64,000 nucleotides of DNA from Fimicolochytrium jonesii (lineage: Eukaryota). This document shows, piece by piece, positions 34,701 to 49,800 of this stretch. The translations under genes and the position numbers were made by a program. Each line of letters opens with the position of its first letter. Position 1 is the first letter of the stretch. The notes under the pieces were generated by a model that made no database searches, was not told the origin of the DNA, and worked only from the letters and a program-made list of their open reading frames with translations. The stretch lies in contig NW_026515673.1 of the NCBI RefSeq assembly GCF_025526975.1, positions 558,001-622,000 of the forward strand. The letters are read 5' to 3'.

Positions 34701-37700
34701 ATGGCCGCTCCAGACGACGAACCAGACTCCTATCAAAGTGACCCCGATACCCCTTCATCGCATGCGGACGATGATGACGACGAATACAACGAGCAAGGCC
34801 TCGCTGCCCCTTCAGCAAAAGTAGGTCTCATTCCGGTTTCACCGTCGGGCCATGGCGCTGTGTCCGGTTGACTTCCCATGGTCACATAATAGAAAATAAA
34901 AGCCAAACCTTTGTTAACCGGAACCATCAAAAGTTCTACAAACTCTTCTTCGAAGATCGGTACTTCCATGGGCAGTAAAACGAAACAAACGAGTTTGTCT
35001 TTCGGCCTCGAGCCCGTCAGGAACATGAGCACCAAGACGACCAAGTCTCCCGCTACCAAGCCCACCAAGGCCTCATCTTCCAAGGCGGGCACGGGCAAGG
35101 CTGTGGAGGTCAGCGATGAAACCCGTGAAGAGCTTTTTCTGTTCTTGAAGTGTTGCCTATCTGACACACACTCTGTGACCTCCAGGAAATATATCAACGG
35201 AAGACGCAGCTCGAACATATCCTCCTCAGACCCGATACCTATATCGGATCTGCCGAGTCTGCCGAAGTGTCAATGTGGGTTTTTGAGAACGAAGCCATGG
35301 TATATCGAACGGTCCATTTCGTGCCGGGCTTATACAAGATCTTCGACGAGATCCTCGTCAATGCAGGTAAGTAACATGAGACACATTCTCCCCGTATCGA
35401 GCACTATATCAACAGTGCTTGTTTGGACAGCCGACAACAAGGTCAGAGATCCAAGTATGGACCAGATCAACGTTACCATCGACAGGGAAAACAACGAGAT
35501 CAGCATCATGAACAACGGGCGAGGCGTACCGGTCACTATGCACGCCAAGGAGCAATTATATGTTCCTGAGCTCATATTTGGCAACCTGCTGACATCATCA
35601 AACTACGATGACGATGAGAAGAAGGTTACGGGAGGTCGAAATGGATACGGCGCAAAACTTTGTAACATCTTCAGCACCCAGTTCATAGTCGAGACCTCAG
35701 ATAGTGAGTCCGGGAAGAAGTTTCATCAGGTATGATATTGTGCACCCAGCGCTGGAATGGTTGCAAACCTAGCTTCTGAATGGGATATGACGCGTCTTTC
35801 TCCGGGCAGATTTTCAAAGACAATATGAGCAACAAATCCAAGCCAAAGATTACGGCTGCCGCAAAGCATGACTACACCAAGATCACTTTCAAACCCGACC
35901 TGAAGAAGTTCGGTCTAAAGGAACTGGATGACGACATCATAGCCGTGTTAACGAAACGGGTCTACGATATCGCGGGGGTTCTTCCTGGCGTGAAAGTTAC
36001 TCTGAACAAGGAACGCATAAAGATCAAGAATTTCAAGGAGTATGTTAAACTCTATCTGGACAGCGTCTTCGGAGATGCCCCTGCGAAGCCTACCATCGTT
36101 TATGAGAAAGCCGACCCTCGGTGGGAAGTTGCCTTTGCCGTGAGTGATGGGCAGTTTCAGCAGGTCAGTTTGCTAAGTCACACGTGTTCGCGTTCGGCTT
36201 GTGTACATGAGGATCACATCGACTGATTATACTCTGAATCAGGTCAGCTTCGTCAACAGCATCTGCACGTCGAAGGGCGGAACGCATGTGTCCATGATTG
36301 CGGATCAACTGGTGCAAAAGCTGAACGAACATCTGAAGAAGAAGAACAAAGGCGAGGGTTTCAAACCACAACAGATCAAGAGCCATATCTGGGTCTTCGT
36401 CAACTGCCTCGTCGAAAATCCCAGCTTCGATTCCCAAACAAAAGAGAATCTCACCCTGAAAGCCTCCAAGTTCGGATCAAAGTGCGAACTCAGCGAAGAG
36501 TTCATGAAGAAAGTCCTCAAGTCGGGGATCGTGGATAACGTCTTGGCATATGCCAAGCTGAAACAAGCGAGTCAGCTGAAGCAGACGGACGGAACGAAGC
36601 GGGCTCGGTTATCGGGTATTGCCAAGTTGGACGACGCCAACAACGCGGGAACGAAGAACGGGCAGAAATGCACATTGATTCTGACGGAGGGAGATTCTGC
36701 CAAGGCGCTTGCTATCAGCGGGCTGGGCGTAGTCGGGCGAGACAACTATGGTGTTTTCCCGCTACGGGGCAAACTGTTGAATGTTCGCGAAGCATCGCAT
36801 AGTCAACTTATGCAGAATGCTGAGATCAATAACATCAAGCAGATTTTGGGGCTGAAGTCTGATAAGACCTATACGTCGACGGAGAGTTTGCGTTATGGGC
36901 ATGTTATGATCATGGCTGATCAGGTATGAAGGTCATAAAGCGCTTTGACTTGAGCGATGCGCGTCATTGGACTAAATATCACGTTAAATAGGACCACGAT
37001 GGATCTCACATCAAAGGATTGGTCCTCAATCTGTTCGACCAGTTCTGGCCCAGTCTCTTGAAGAACCCCGGCTTCATGCGTCAATTCATCACCCCAATCG
37101 TTAAGGTGACAAAAGGCTCAAAAGAAATCAGCTTCTTCAACATCCCTGAATACGAAAGCTGGAAACAGGCCAACCACGACGGCCGCGGTTGGCATATCAA
37201 GTACTACAAGGGTCTGGGAACGAGCACCGCGGCGGACGCGAAGAAGTACTTTGGACGCATGAACGACCACATGAAGCCGTTTGCAACCGCCAAAGACGAA
37301 GACCGGCAGTTGCTCGAGTTGGCGTTTTCAAAGAAGAAGGCGGATGATCGGAAGGAGTGGTTGAGTAACTTGACCCCCGGCACGTTCATGGACCATAGCG
37401 TGCGGCAGATCCCTATCAGCGATTTCGTCAACAAGGAGTTGATTCTTTTTTCTATGGCGGATAATGTGCGGTCGATACCGTCGCTTATTGACGGGTTCAA
37501 GCCTGGGCAGCGGAAGATTATGTTTGCCTGCTTCAAGCGGAACCTGACCAAGGGAGAGATCAAGGTCGCCCAATTGTCCGGCTACGTCGCCGAGCATTCG
37601 GCGTACCATCACGGCGAAGCCTCGCTTCAGTCGACCATCATCGGTCTCGCCCAAGACTTCGTGGGAAGCAACAACCTCAACCTCCTCGAGCCTCGCGGTC

Positions 37701-40292
37701 AGTTCGGAACGCGGCTACAGGGTGGGAAAGACCACGCGCACGCCCGTTACATTTTCACCAAACTCTCCGATGTGACCCGCCTCCTCTACCACCCTGCCGA
37801 CGACAAGCTGCTCACCTACCTCAACGAGGAGAACATTAGTATCGAGCCGGAGTGGTACATCCCCATCCTTCCCCTCGTCCTCGTCAACGGCGCAGACGGG
37901 ATCGGTACGGGGTGGAGCACCAACATCCCCAACCACAATCCGCGGGACATTGTGGAGAACCTGCTGAGACGGCTGGATGGGAAGGAATTTGTGCCCATGC
38001 ATACGTGGTACCGCGGGTTCAAAGGCGGAGTCGAGTTTATTGGCGACAAGTACAAGATCTCGGGGGTTTTGAATAAACTTGACGATACGACCGTGGAGAT
38101 TACCGAGCTGCCGCTTGGGTCGTGGACACAGACCTACAAAGAGTTTCTGGAGGGGCTTGTGGCGGGCACGGACAAGGTTCCCGCTTCCATCAAGGACTAC
38201 AAGGAGTACCACACCGACACGTCCGTGCATTTCGTGGTGCAGATGACACCGGAGCAGATGGCAAAAGCGGAGCAGGAGGGCCTCGAGAAGAAGTTCAAGA
38301 TGGCCACGACCAAATCGGTCATGAACATGGTTTTGTTTGATAAGGATGGGAGGTTGAGGAAGTATGAGAGTGTGCAGGAGATCTTGGAGGAGTTTTACGA
38401 GCTACGGTTGGAGTATTATGAGAAGCGGAAGGTAAGCGTGGCGAACTCTTATGGAGAGTGCAATCCCTGGCGCATTTTCTGACCATCACTTTCTATTTCC
38501 CCTCTAGGCGTACCTGACAGCGAAACTAAAAAGCGAGCTAAACAAGCTCTCTAACCAAGTCCGTTTCGTCCTGGAAGTCATCCAAGGCGACCTGATTGTG
38601 CACAACCGCAAAAAGGCGAATGTCGTGCAGCAGCTCCGGGCAAGGAAGTACTCGCCGTTGGGGAAGGATGGGGAGGAGATGAAGGTTGGGGATGAGAGTA
38701 CTGAGAGTGGCGGGGAGGCGGAGGAGGGCGGGGCGGCTGCGGCGGGTGGGCATGGGTATGATTATTTGCTGAGCATGCCGATTTGGAATTTGACGATGGA
38801 GAAGGTTCGTACCCTTGGCTCGTGACCGGTGGCTAGTGCCGTATCGGCTGGCTTAATCTTTGCCTAACGAAAACAGGTCCAAAGAATGACGTCAGACCGC
38901 GATGAAAAGCAAGCCGAGCTCAACACCCTCCTCGACACCAAAATTCAAGACCTATGGCGCCGCGACCTGGACGCGTTCATGGTCGAATGGGACAATGTCG
39001 AGACTGCCACCGAGAACACCAACAAGGTCACCTCCACGAAGGGCAAATTACCGGGTGGGCAGCAGAAACTGAGCGATCTCACGAAGAAGCGGAAGAAACC
39101 GGTAGTTAAGAAGAGAGCTGTTGACAGTGAAAGTGAGGAGGTGGAAGACGTGGACTCGGAGGATGAGTATGTGGAGAAGAAGGTGCGGAAGACTGCGGAC
39201 GATGTGACACCGCGTTCCAGGCCCGCGCGAGGGGGTGAAGGGAGCTCGGAGAATATCTCGGCTGCGTCGTCCCCTAAGAAGAGTGTGAAGAAGGTGGTGG
39301 CTGCCAGCAAGGTCAAAACGGCCGTTAACGGCACGATCCGGAAGTTCTCGACCACCCCTACCGCGATCGAGGACAGTAAACCGCACGACCCGTTTGCGTT
39401 TGCTGAGACGCGACCACCAACGACCACTGCGGCGCCGAAGTTGTTGCGATCGCCGGCTGTGCCGGGCAAGCAGCGCCGGATTACGGAATGGGGGATGCCC
39501 AAGACTACTGCGCTGTTTCGGGCGGAGGAGGACGAAAAGGGGTCGCACCACCCGCATAACGCGGTTGAGGAGTTTGTCGAGTCCAAGAAATTGGCGGATT
39601 CTGTGTCGCCTAAGAAGCGGAAACGTGGGGAGGATCGGCTGGGCAAGGTTGCTAAACCGACCGCACTTGTGGATCTGGTGAGCGACGACGAGGACGACCC
39701 GCCGTTCGTTCCGTTACGGAAGAAGACGACCCCGACCGCGCGTGAAAGCGTGAACGGCAAGGCATCGAAACCTACATCACGTTTGACCAAACCCAAGAAA
39801 GTAAGCTCCGAGGAGGAGGACGAGGATGCGAACTTTGAAGACGTATCCGACGTTCAAATCGCTGACGAGCCAACCATTTCGACCCTTGTCGCGTCACGAC
39901 CTAAACGTCCCGCTGCTGCTACGCCGAAGAAACCACCAGCGCCTGTCGAAGACTCGGAAAGCGATGCGGATAGCATCGATAGCGCTGAACATGATTTGTT
40001 TACGCAGCCGGAACCTGCGAGTGTCAAGAAGACAGCCAAGCCCGTGGCCAAACCACCAGCAAAACAACCGACCGCCCGTCGCACCCTAGTCATCGATGAC
40101 GACGATGACGACGGCGCTAGCAATCACTCCGCAGCCAAGAATAAAAGCGAAGATGAAGATGTATGGGCGCCTGCCGCCGGCAGCGCTAAACGGAAAGCAT
40201 CCGCCACTGCTGCAGTTGCGAAGAATGGAACCGGGAAGCCGGCTAGACGCCGGAAAGTTGTTGATAGTGACGAGAGTGAGTGGGAAGGTTGA
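34701..40292 (+). CDS. TOP2: DNA topoisomerase II, multi-exon
   Basis: Motifs PGLYKIFDEILVNA, GGRNGYGAKLCN, TEGDSA, PLRGKLLNVR, YYKGLGTS, DGFKPGQRK, AYHHGE and ARYIFT (catalytic Tyr). Confidence 0.98.
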
Positions 40293-41198
40293 GTACGGTA
40301 TATGCCGTTTGGTGGGGGCACAGTGGCTGGTTGCGCTGTATGTGTATTTTATGTAGTCTTATGGAAATGCGAGAGAGAGGGTATACGTAGACGGCCGGCG
40401 GTACACTTTTTTACATTGAGGCGGTATGTGAACCCCCGTGTATATAGGGAGCGACTTGACGCATATAACAATAGAACCCAATCTTGCCCGACTTGGATAG
40501 ATCGCCGCGACGAGAAGTATGTGGCAGTAGTATTTCCTTTGGCGTTAGTACAGGTGCATATTACATGGCATTAGACAGGTACTCGTCGCGCAGAATATAA
40601 AGGATGCAAAAAAGAATGTATGATACAATAATGTGTTGGACGTGGGGCCTTATCTCCTCGAATAGCTGATAATCCGAGTACCCTGAGCACGAGGGTGAGA
40701 AGAGACGTGAGGGAAGTTGCGCGGGGGATGAGATGAGACCAGCGATGTGCTGACAGGGACGAAGTAGTGGGGGTGGAAGAGGGGAATGCATGGGGTGCGC
40801 GATAATGGGACAAGGGATTCATGCGTGATCGATATGGCGTGAAACGACGCGCCAACCATGCGGTTTGATCGTGGAACGCAATGGCGGTGAAGAGTGAGGC
40901 GGCTGTCGATGGATGGACTTCTGATAGAAATGTCGTGTCGCTGAGACAGATGGGCTTTTGACGGGGCGCGGACGGATGTTAGGCGTAATACGTACCCGCA
41001 CACACCACGCACCGGATCTGAAAGTGTGTCAACCCAATGCGGACCCAATGCGGCGTATCAAGGTGTGGGGGAAACGTTTTCCCTCGTCGCTGCGTGCTCG
41101 ACCCGTTCCTCCAACCCAACTTGCCGAGGGGCGTGACCGCATCCGCATCCGCCATCCTAGCTCTTCGGCGACATCTCATAACCTAGTCTGCGTTGCTC

Positions 41199-43154
41199 TC
41201 ACTCATCAAACACCCTACACGCGACCATATTCGCCATCGCTTCCTCTTCCACATCCCCACCCTTCTGCACCGCCGACCCTGCATCGGCATTTTTCTTCCG
41301 CTGACTATAAACCAACCAGAGCCCACGCTCCCCCCAGTTCTCCTCATGACTTTCGCGACAATACAGCACGGCAGTCGCATGCCGAATATCCAGCCACACG
41401 AGCGACCCGTCATCGACTCCAAACAGCACACCCATCTCGTCGGGGGTCACCTGCACCCAGTCGATGTTCCCACAATCGCCGACGATATCAAACAGATTGA
41501 AGGACTGCACGCGCTTCATGGTGGAGAGCTCGTAGACGTAGACGACGTGGCCGGTTCCGCAGAGGACGATGCAGTGCATGCGGGAAAGGAGCACGTGGAG
41601 CACGAGATTCTTCTCCATGTCGTCCAGGAGGATGGTAGCGTAGGTAGAGAGGTCGGAGGTGCGGAGGATGACGATGGGGTGGATCCGGTCGGAGGAGTAG
41701 GTGCGGTAGGCCATGAAGTGGTCGTTCATCATGATGGCGTTGAGGGAGTCATCAATGTCTTCGATGCGTGCGTAGGGGTGGACGCGGCGGCCGTGCTGGA
41801 CGTCGCCTTCGAGGAAGGTTGTGAGGTTTGAGGGTGGCGCGGGTTTGCTGTTCCTCGTAGTCGTGGACTGGGTTTCGAGTTCATGCGAGTGGGATCCGTT
41901 CGATGCCGAGTGTGATGAGCTATTGGAACGACCAGCGCTGGATCCGCTTCCCGCCGCTTTGCCGGGGTACCCTTCTTCTTTCGGCATGCCGTCCCATCTA
42001 GGACCGCCATCGCCGCTGATATCGTATCCATCATCTTCACCGCTATCGTCCTCATCATTCTCATCATCCTCGGCCATATCATCAGTCTCCTCCAAACGCT
42101 CGTCTGGCCCCGTCTGTGTCATCACCCTTGTCCTCTGATGTTCAAAGTTGGACAACCGTATGACTTCCAACGAGGATCGCATGATGTCCGGGCCATAGGA
42201 CTGCGCCGCATATACGTCTCCACACAGCACACCCTCCTCGGTGTAGGTGCAGTCGAACACGGCATACAGGCGGCCATCCGTAATATTCCGGAAAATAGTC
42301 TTCTGCGATCCGGCGACAGCAAAATAGTTGGAGCGCAAAGCTGGATCAACGCGCAGCGGAACGCCAAGTCCTGCGCAACGGTGAAGCTTTTCGGGGGAAA
42401 GGGTGCCAGAACGACCGACCCGCATCGATCGAAGCTGTCCATTCCGAACATAGACGATCCAGTTGTCTCGTACAACGGTTCGGCGCTGAGCGAGAGTAAA
42501 CTGATGCTCCTCATCCCGGGTTGTTACAAAGCCCGTAATGAGCTCATATTCGGAGTTGCCACTCTCGTCCAACTGGGCTTCCGCAGATCCGTTATTGTGG
42601 GTGACCCCATTTTTTGGGTCTGCGCTGGATTGGCCGCTCTCATCGCTCCAAGAAGGAAGATGGATGCCCCTCCCATTGCGTATCACCGGCACCTCTTTGC
42701 GGCAGACCTTCGAGAAGACCAACGGCCGTCCCCACGTGTGAGACAATTTGTAGAGCTCTTTCCATTTCTCGCCGGGTAGCCGCGTCGGCAACAATCCGTC
42801 GGCCGATATGCTCTTCAGCTGCAGGAAGCGTGTACGCAAGTCAAAACGTTAGATATGGCTAACAAGATGAAGGCGTGCGCGCGCGTGGAAAGCATGCACA
42901 CTATCCAACATATGGTACGGGTGTCTTTGCCCGAGCTGCTGGACAACAAGGGGATGAAAATCCACATCCCTCCTCACCTTCGCTTTCCAAAGGTGCTCGT
43001 CGTTGTCCGCCACGATCTGCCGCCAGGACCGGCAGACCCTCTCAGACCTCAGCACGGCCTGTGGACACATGTGGTAGAAAATTTGGAGCATGACATCCAG
43101 GGGGAGGATCGGGCGATTTGGATCTATTGCGATGAGCATATCGTAGCTTTCCAT
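41199..43154 (-). CDS. F-box domain protein with probable beta-propeller-like C-terminal region; one intron near 42840-42975
   Basis: LPLDVMLQIFYHM...VCRSWRQIV...LWK matches the F-box consensus and joins the long ORF 41199..42839. Confidence 0.8.
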
Positions 43155-44675
43155 CGGTGGTATGTGAGCTGGGGTAGTGGGTAGGTAGACGGGTGTTGAA
43201 CAATGCGGCAGACCGCCCTTGGATGCTATTTGGAGTCGGTCAGGATTAAGTTGACTTTGGCTGTATATACAAGCAATGTTGCTTGCAAATGTTGCTTCGC
43301 TGAGAACTGCTGGATTGGAGTGAACTGGGAGTGAACCTACAAGAAACAAAACCGAGGATGTTGCCGGTGTTTCAGCGATGAAGCGAGAGGGACTGCTGCA
43401 AGTGAGGGGCTTGTGTTGACGATTGTCTTGGTGCCTCGCAAGCTGTCCGCCTGACAGTGGGACTGTTGCCTGTTAAAGGCTCTTCCCGGCCTGCCAGTTG
43501 TGAACCTGACCCGTTGGCCATTGAACAAGCACTGACCCGTGGCCCATCAGCAAGCAGGATGGTGTGCAAATCCAATCATGCCGCCCTAATGATCCCTCCA
43601 CACAGGAAACGGGCAGAGAGCCAAGGGACCTGGTGCCCCTGGGAAGGATGTGCCGTGGGTGGATATATAGAGCCTTGATCCCGGCCATCGGGAGGAGCCC
43701 GTGAAAAATGGATTGATGGTCTCGTACCCGGAGAGAAGGTCGAAGGAGCTCTCCGGATGGGTCTCCGTCACCCTGCATGCTACGTACTAGTACACTGTTA
43801 CTACTGTAGATCAATATCTACAGACTAGATCAAGTACATTGTAGTCCATGTACCTATGTACCATTGTTGACTCTTCTTGAAAACGGGGAGTTTGCAGTGT
43901 TGCAGTGAGATTCATGCAGCTTTATATTCACAATGCGTGGAGAACTCGACGCCGCCGCACATTCAAGGTAGTGACGCCAAGGCCAGGAACGATGAGGCTT
44001 TTCTAATGACGTGTTCCCGTAGCCAGCCGTTGTTCTTTCTTTTCCCGCGTTGGAGGTGCGGAGAGCCGGGAGTAATTCCATGGGAGGGCGAGAGCTAGAC
44101 TCATACCAAAAAGGCGCCTATTCTACTTGTACATACATACTGTATATGCAAGGACCAGGTAGTGCCGGCATGAAAGACCTTTGCACGAGCGATGAGCGGG
44201 TCGGAGACTCTTCACAGTTTCTCACTCCGTCCTGGGGTGGCATAAGTGGTAGATGCTTCCCACATACAGTACGAGCTTCAATTCCAAGTTTGACGCCGCA
44301 GTTCTCCAGAGAACGAGCGAGAATATACAGTACGTACGTAACCATCAAGCGATGTCACTCCTGCTGACGCATTCGCTTACGAAATCGGGGCGGACAAGCC
44401 ACACCTCGTTCATTGCTTGTCGCGATGGCTTTCTCCCCCACTCTGGCGTTTGACATTGGGACTAGGGTTGGCAACGCTGGACAAAGGGGCAACCGGAATA
44501 ACGAATACACAGCGTAGCAGCATACCGTCGTGCGACGAAGTTCAAGTGGACCGACTGTTCCGAAAGCAGAGTGCAAAGAAAATCGAGGCCGGGCATCGAG
44601 AGGAAGGCGCACTTCGAACCACAGCAAGAAGCCCCGAAACGACAAGGAAAGCAGGAGCAAAGTGGAAGTGGAAAT

Positions 44676-46527
44676 ATGGACTTGTTTAGAGTACTCGGGG
44701 CGGGCGCCAAGTTCGACAAGAAGCGGTTTAGGCAGGATGTGGAAGTATTTCATGCACCTCGAAATGAAGTCGCGGCACCAACGGCAACTGAAGTGGCGGC
44801 AAACGGTATAGCACCCGAACTCGACTTCTTTGCTGCCGAAGAACCGCAGGAGGCTGAGAAAATAAAGGAGCCGAAGAGGGTGTCAAAGAAGAGGAAGCTG
44901 GCACATGACGGCGCAGGGGAAGAAGGAGAGAAGGACGCAGCAGCAGCCTCGGCTCCAGCGACGTACGTCCCGTTCAAAAACGAGGAAGAAGCCAGCGTCT
45001 TCCGGAAAGAGCATCGCATCCGCATCTACGGGACAGACGTACCACACCCGATCCGCTCATTTGCGGAACTTGGACCTCGTTTCACCCTCCGCTCGTATCT
45101 CACGCGCAATCTCGTCGCAGCGGGGTACGAGACCCCTACGTCGATCCAGATGCAGTCTATCCCTATCATGCTACATGGGCGAGACCTCATGTCATGCGCG
45201 CCAACAGGATCCGGAAAGACATTGGCGTACCTCCTCCCTATCCTGCACGATCTAAAAAACCCGGCGAAGGAAGGCATTCGTGCCGTGGTTATATGTCCCA
45301 CTCGAGAATTGGCAACCCAGATTCACAGAGAGCTGCAGATATTGACAAAGTCCAAACCTTTCAAAACGGTCGTGCTGACCAAGATCGCGTCGACAACGAA
45401 CGCAGACAACCCCAACCTTTCCACTTCCTTCTCCAATGCCGACATCCTCATCTCCACACCGCTACGACTCGTCCACGCAGTGCAGCAGCAAGGCTTGAAA
45501 CTTGATAAAGTACGACATTTAATACTGGATGAGGCGGATAAGCTGTTGGAGCTGGGGTTCTTGGAGCAGGTAGATGACGTGTTGGCCATTGTGGGAGGGG
45601 ATCAAGTAAGGAAGAGCCTGTTTAGTGCGACGATTCCGAGTGGCGTTGAGGAGCTGGCGAGGACGTTTATGAAGGATCCTATCCGTATCGTCATCGGACA
45701 AAAGTGAGTACTTGCTGGCGCTGGTTTTTTTTCATGATGCGCCAGGTTACTGACAGAGGGATTGCCCTTCTCCCTTCCCAGAAACGCCGCAACAGAAACA
45801 ATCAACCAAAAACTCCTCTACGTCGGCCAAGAGGCCGGCAAACTCATCGCCATCCGCCAACTCATCTCCACGGGCCTCAAACCGCCCGTCCTCATCTTCG
45901 TCCAATCCATCGATCGCGCAAAAGAACTCTTCCACGAACTCGTCTACGACGGCATCAACGTCGACATCATCCACTCCGACCGCACAAAACTCCAACGTGA
46001 CACCGTTGTCAATAACTTCCGCATGGGCAAGACATGGGTCCTCATCGCCACGGAACTCATGGCCCGCGGTGTGGATTTCAAGGGCGTCAACCTCGTCATC
46101 AACTACGATTTCCCGCAGTCAGTCGCGTCCTACATCCACCGAATCGGACGAACAGGGCGAGCAGGGCGGCCCGGTGAGGCGGTGACGTATTTCACGAAAG
46201 AGGACGCGCCGTATTTGAAGTTGGTGGTGAATGTGATGCGGGAGAGCGGGTGTGAGGTGCCGAGTTGGATGGTGGATTTGAAACCGCCGAGTAAGAATGA
46301 GAAGAAGGCGTTGAGGCAGAAGGCGGTTAGGAGGGAGGTGATTAAGACTGTGAGCAAGTTTGATGAGAGGCATGCTAGGCGGAAGAAGTACGTAATTTTG
46401 GTTGCCTGCCATCGTGTTGCGCAACTCCTTTACTAACGCCTTTGTTCCCCTCAACAGAGACATTGTGGAAGGCTCCAAACGAAGGAAAGAGAGAACCGTA
46501 AAGAAGCCCGAAACACCCAGTGCATGA
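44676..46527 (+). CDS. ROK1: DEAD-box RNA helicase ROK1/DDX52, 3 exons
   Basis: MDLFRVL start, APTGSGKT, PTRELA, DEAD, SAT, GKLIAIRQL and HRIGRTGRAGR. Confidence 0.93.
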
Positions 46528-46864
46528 AGACCTGCGAATCATTCATCACTCCAAGTATTCCCACACCCATCAACTCGCACATAGTCCATCAGTTAACAGC
46601 ATAGCATATAGCATCTATACCACGCACATCCCGCTTTTTTCGTAGTCTGTAGTCGACCGCATACAGTTACAGATCGATCCCCTAAATTAACACGATCGTA
46701 CGCTCTATGCACGCCCATTCTATGTGTTCGGATGATATGACTTGGGAAGCTGATGAGTGATGGTGTTGGGCTATGGCTGGGATACGGCTGATGGTATGTA
46801 TATATAGACTAATGGTGCTGAAAAGCACTCGGTGTGTGCCAAGGTAGGTAGATCTCCGCGCCTA

Positions 46865-49800
46865 TCACTCGCGCTCATACCAAACCACCTCCCCCGACGC
46901 CCTCTTCCTCCTCAACACAATAAACCGATTCACAACCGCCTTCCACGGCCCATCCGCATATTTCGGCGTCCACGCATTCCCACCCTTCCTCGGCGCATTC
47001 CCATTCCACTTCTGATTGTTGCTACCATTACTCCCCCACCTTCCCCCAGCCTTCCTCCCCGCGGGCCACAACACCCCCCTACTAACAACGACCCCACAAT
47101 GCTCCAAATCCCTCAACCGCCTAACAGCCCTGATCACCGCCCAATGAATGGAACTCTTCATGAACGATTTCGCGGGTCGGAGGTGGCCCTCGGCTTCATC
47201 TTCCATGGGTATACCCGTAACCTCCGCTTTCAATTCGCCCATATCGTCCAGCCGGTTGATCCAGTAGTAAGACGTAAGTCCGTCGATTATGATCAACGGC
47301 CCGGGTGTCCCGCAGGCGCGGACGAAGGAGCGGCGGGCGGCGATGAGGGCGGCGAGGAACTGGAGGTTGGTGGTTGGTCGCATGATGTGGAGGCGGTGCA
47401 GGGCGGAGGTGATGATGATGTCGGTGGTGGAGGCTGGGAGGGATGTGAGTGCGGGTGTGAGGGTGGTGAGGCAGTGGGTGATGTGGGCCAGCATGGTGTT
47501 GCGGAGTTTTGTTAGGGAGAATTTGAGGTCGCAGTCAAGGAGGAGGACGGGGGTGGCGCTGCCGTGAAGGTGGAGGGGGGTGCTGTCGCCGCCGGAGGTT
47601 GACGGGAGGAGGGTGAAGGATTCGGGTAGGATGGTCATTGTGATCATTTGCATAATCATCTCCGTCTTCCCACATCCACTCGGCCCCCAAAGATCTACCA
47701 ATTCCCCCCTCCTCACAATCGGCAACTGCACCGCCATCATCCTTTTTACGCCCATGTCTCCAGGCACAGGTGGCACATGCCCACACCCGCCCGGTCCAAA
47801 GACAAACGCGCGCTGCAGCCGCGAGAGTTTCGCCAGGACGGGAATGGGGCGTTTGCCAACTAGTTCGCTGAGTGGGATCGGTTTCCGTTTCGCTTGTGCG
47901 TGTACGGGGTGCTTTGGTACGATGGGTCGCCGGCGAGGGCGCGGTGGGGTGGTCGTGAGCGCTGTTGGAAGCTGCTGATTTTGCTGGTCAGGGGCTGAAT
48001 TCGATGGTATGCGGAACACAGGATGTTGCCCACGCGTAGAGACCGCTGGTGATGGTGGCTGGGCATGCTGTTCGATCGGCGGATTCGACGGTATGATGAA
48101 CTGCGGCCGTGCAGAGTTCGTCGGTGTTGTTGATGGGTGCTGTGCAGATGGAGATTGTGCCGGGATCGCGAACTTCGGGTGCTGGGAGTTCGTAGGCGTC
48201 GGTGGTTGCTGTTGATCGGGCGACGGATTTGCGTGTATCACGAACCGTGAATGTAACACACTCTGAGAGGTGGATGTTGTTGAAGACTGACTATGCGAGT
48301 AATTTGTGGGTATCACGAACCGCGGGTATTGGCCAATTTCAGATTTTATTGGGGTGAGCGGACCATGCTGTGATTGCACTCCAGGTATCAGGAATTGCGG
48401 CTGTTGCGGGCCCTGGGAATCCGCCGGCGTTGAAAGTTGCTGCTGTTGATGTTGACCGTGCGAAGGAGCCGTCGGCGTGCCTTGCTGCTGCATAAATGAG
48501 GTATTGGGTGGCGTCTCAACTTGCGCCGGCTTGTTTTCACCTACAAGATTCGTTGGCGTTGCGGCTCGCTGTTGCTGTAGCGCAAAATAAGATTTTGTGG
48601 GTGTCGGTAACCGCAACCGTTGAAGAGACGGAGTTGGAGGCATCGCAAATTGCGGCTGCTCACCAAATGAGGATTTTGCCGGGGGTGCAGGCTGCTGCTG
48701 CTGTTGACCACCCGAGAAGGGATACAACACCGGCGGTCGTTGTTGATCAAAGGGTGAGATCTCTGATGGCATTGCAAACTGTGGTTGCTGCTCATCCCCC
48801 AACAACGTGTTAGTTGGCGTTATCGTACGCTGCCGCTTCTGTTCGCGATGAGCAAGATTTGTTTCCGTCGCCGGAGTGTGCTGCTGTTGTTGCTGGCCTT
48901 GGAATGAGTTCGTCGGCGTCGGCGACGATCGCTGCTGTTGATGATGTTGCTGTTGATTGTGCCTTTGCTGCTGCGGTTGGTCTTGCCCTTGCTGTTGGAA
49001 AGACAACGCGTCGCTTGTTCTCGGTGTGCGTGGCTGTTGCTGCATCCCAGATAGTGACTCCATCAGGGTTGGCGGACGCCGATGCGGCTGCTGGCCATGC
49101 AGTAGACTCATCGTTGTTTGTAGCTGCTGGTGGTGATGATGCTGCTGCTCCCGCTGGCACTGCTGTTGCTGGTGCTGTTGTTGTTGGTGCAAATTCGAGA
49201 AGTCACTTGAAGTCGGCGGTCTTTGCTGTTGATGCCCCTGCCCTACATTGGCCTGCGGCGCTCGTTCCTGTGGGTTCCCCGGCGTTACATTCGCCCGTGG
49301 CGGAGCTCGCTGCTCTTCATGCTCAAGCACTGGATTCACCGGTCGCGGCGACGCATGCTGCTGTTGTCCACCTACAAATTGAGATGGTGTCGACGCTCGT
49401 TGGACTTGCCGCTGCATGACATTCACCGACGGCTGCCCTCGTTGCTGTTGCTGTTGCTGTTGCCCACCTACCCAATGGGTTGAGACCGGCATCCGGTGCT
49501 CTTGGACATGCGCTACATTTGCCGCTCGCGGCTGTCCTTGCGGCCCCTGATGTCGCTGCTGTTGCGGTTCTCCGACCGAACTATAATTCGGTGTCGACGA
49601 CCGTTGTTGTTGGCCAGTAACAACATCCGTGCGAACCGCCGGTCGATTCTGTTGCTGTCCTTGGGGCCAAATGGCCGGATAGGCGCTACATCTCTGCAGC
49701 CGCTCCGGCACAGAGCCCTCTTGGCTCGGCGGACCCTGCCGCTGCTGCTGCTGTGGTGGCGGTCCCCCGTCAGAACTCGCTTTTCTCCCCGGCCGCAGCA

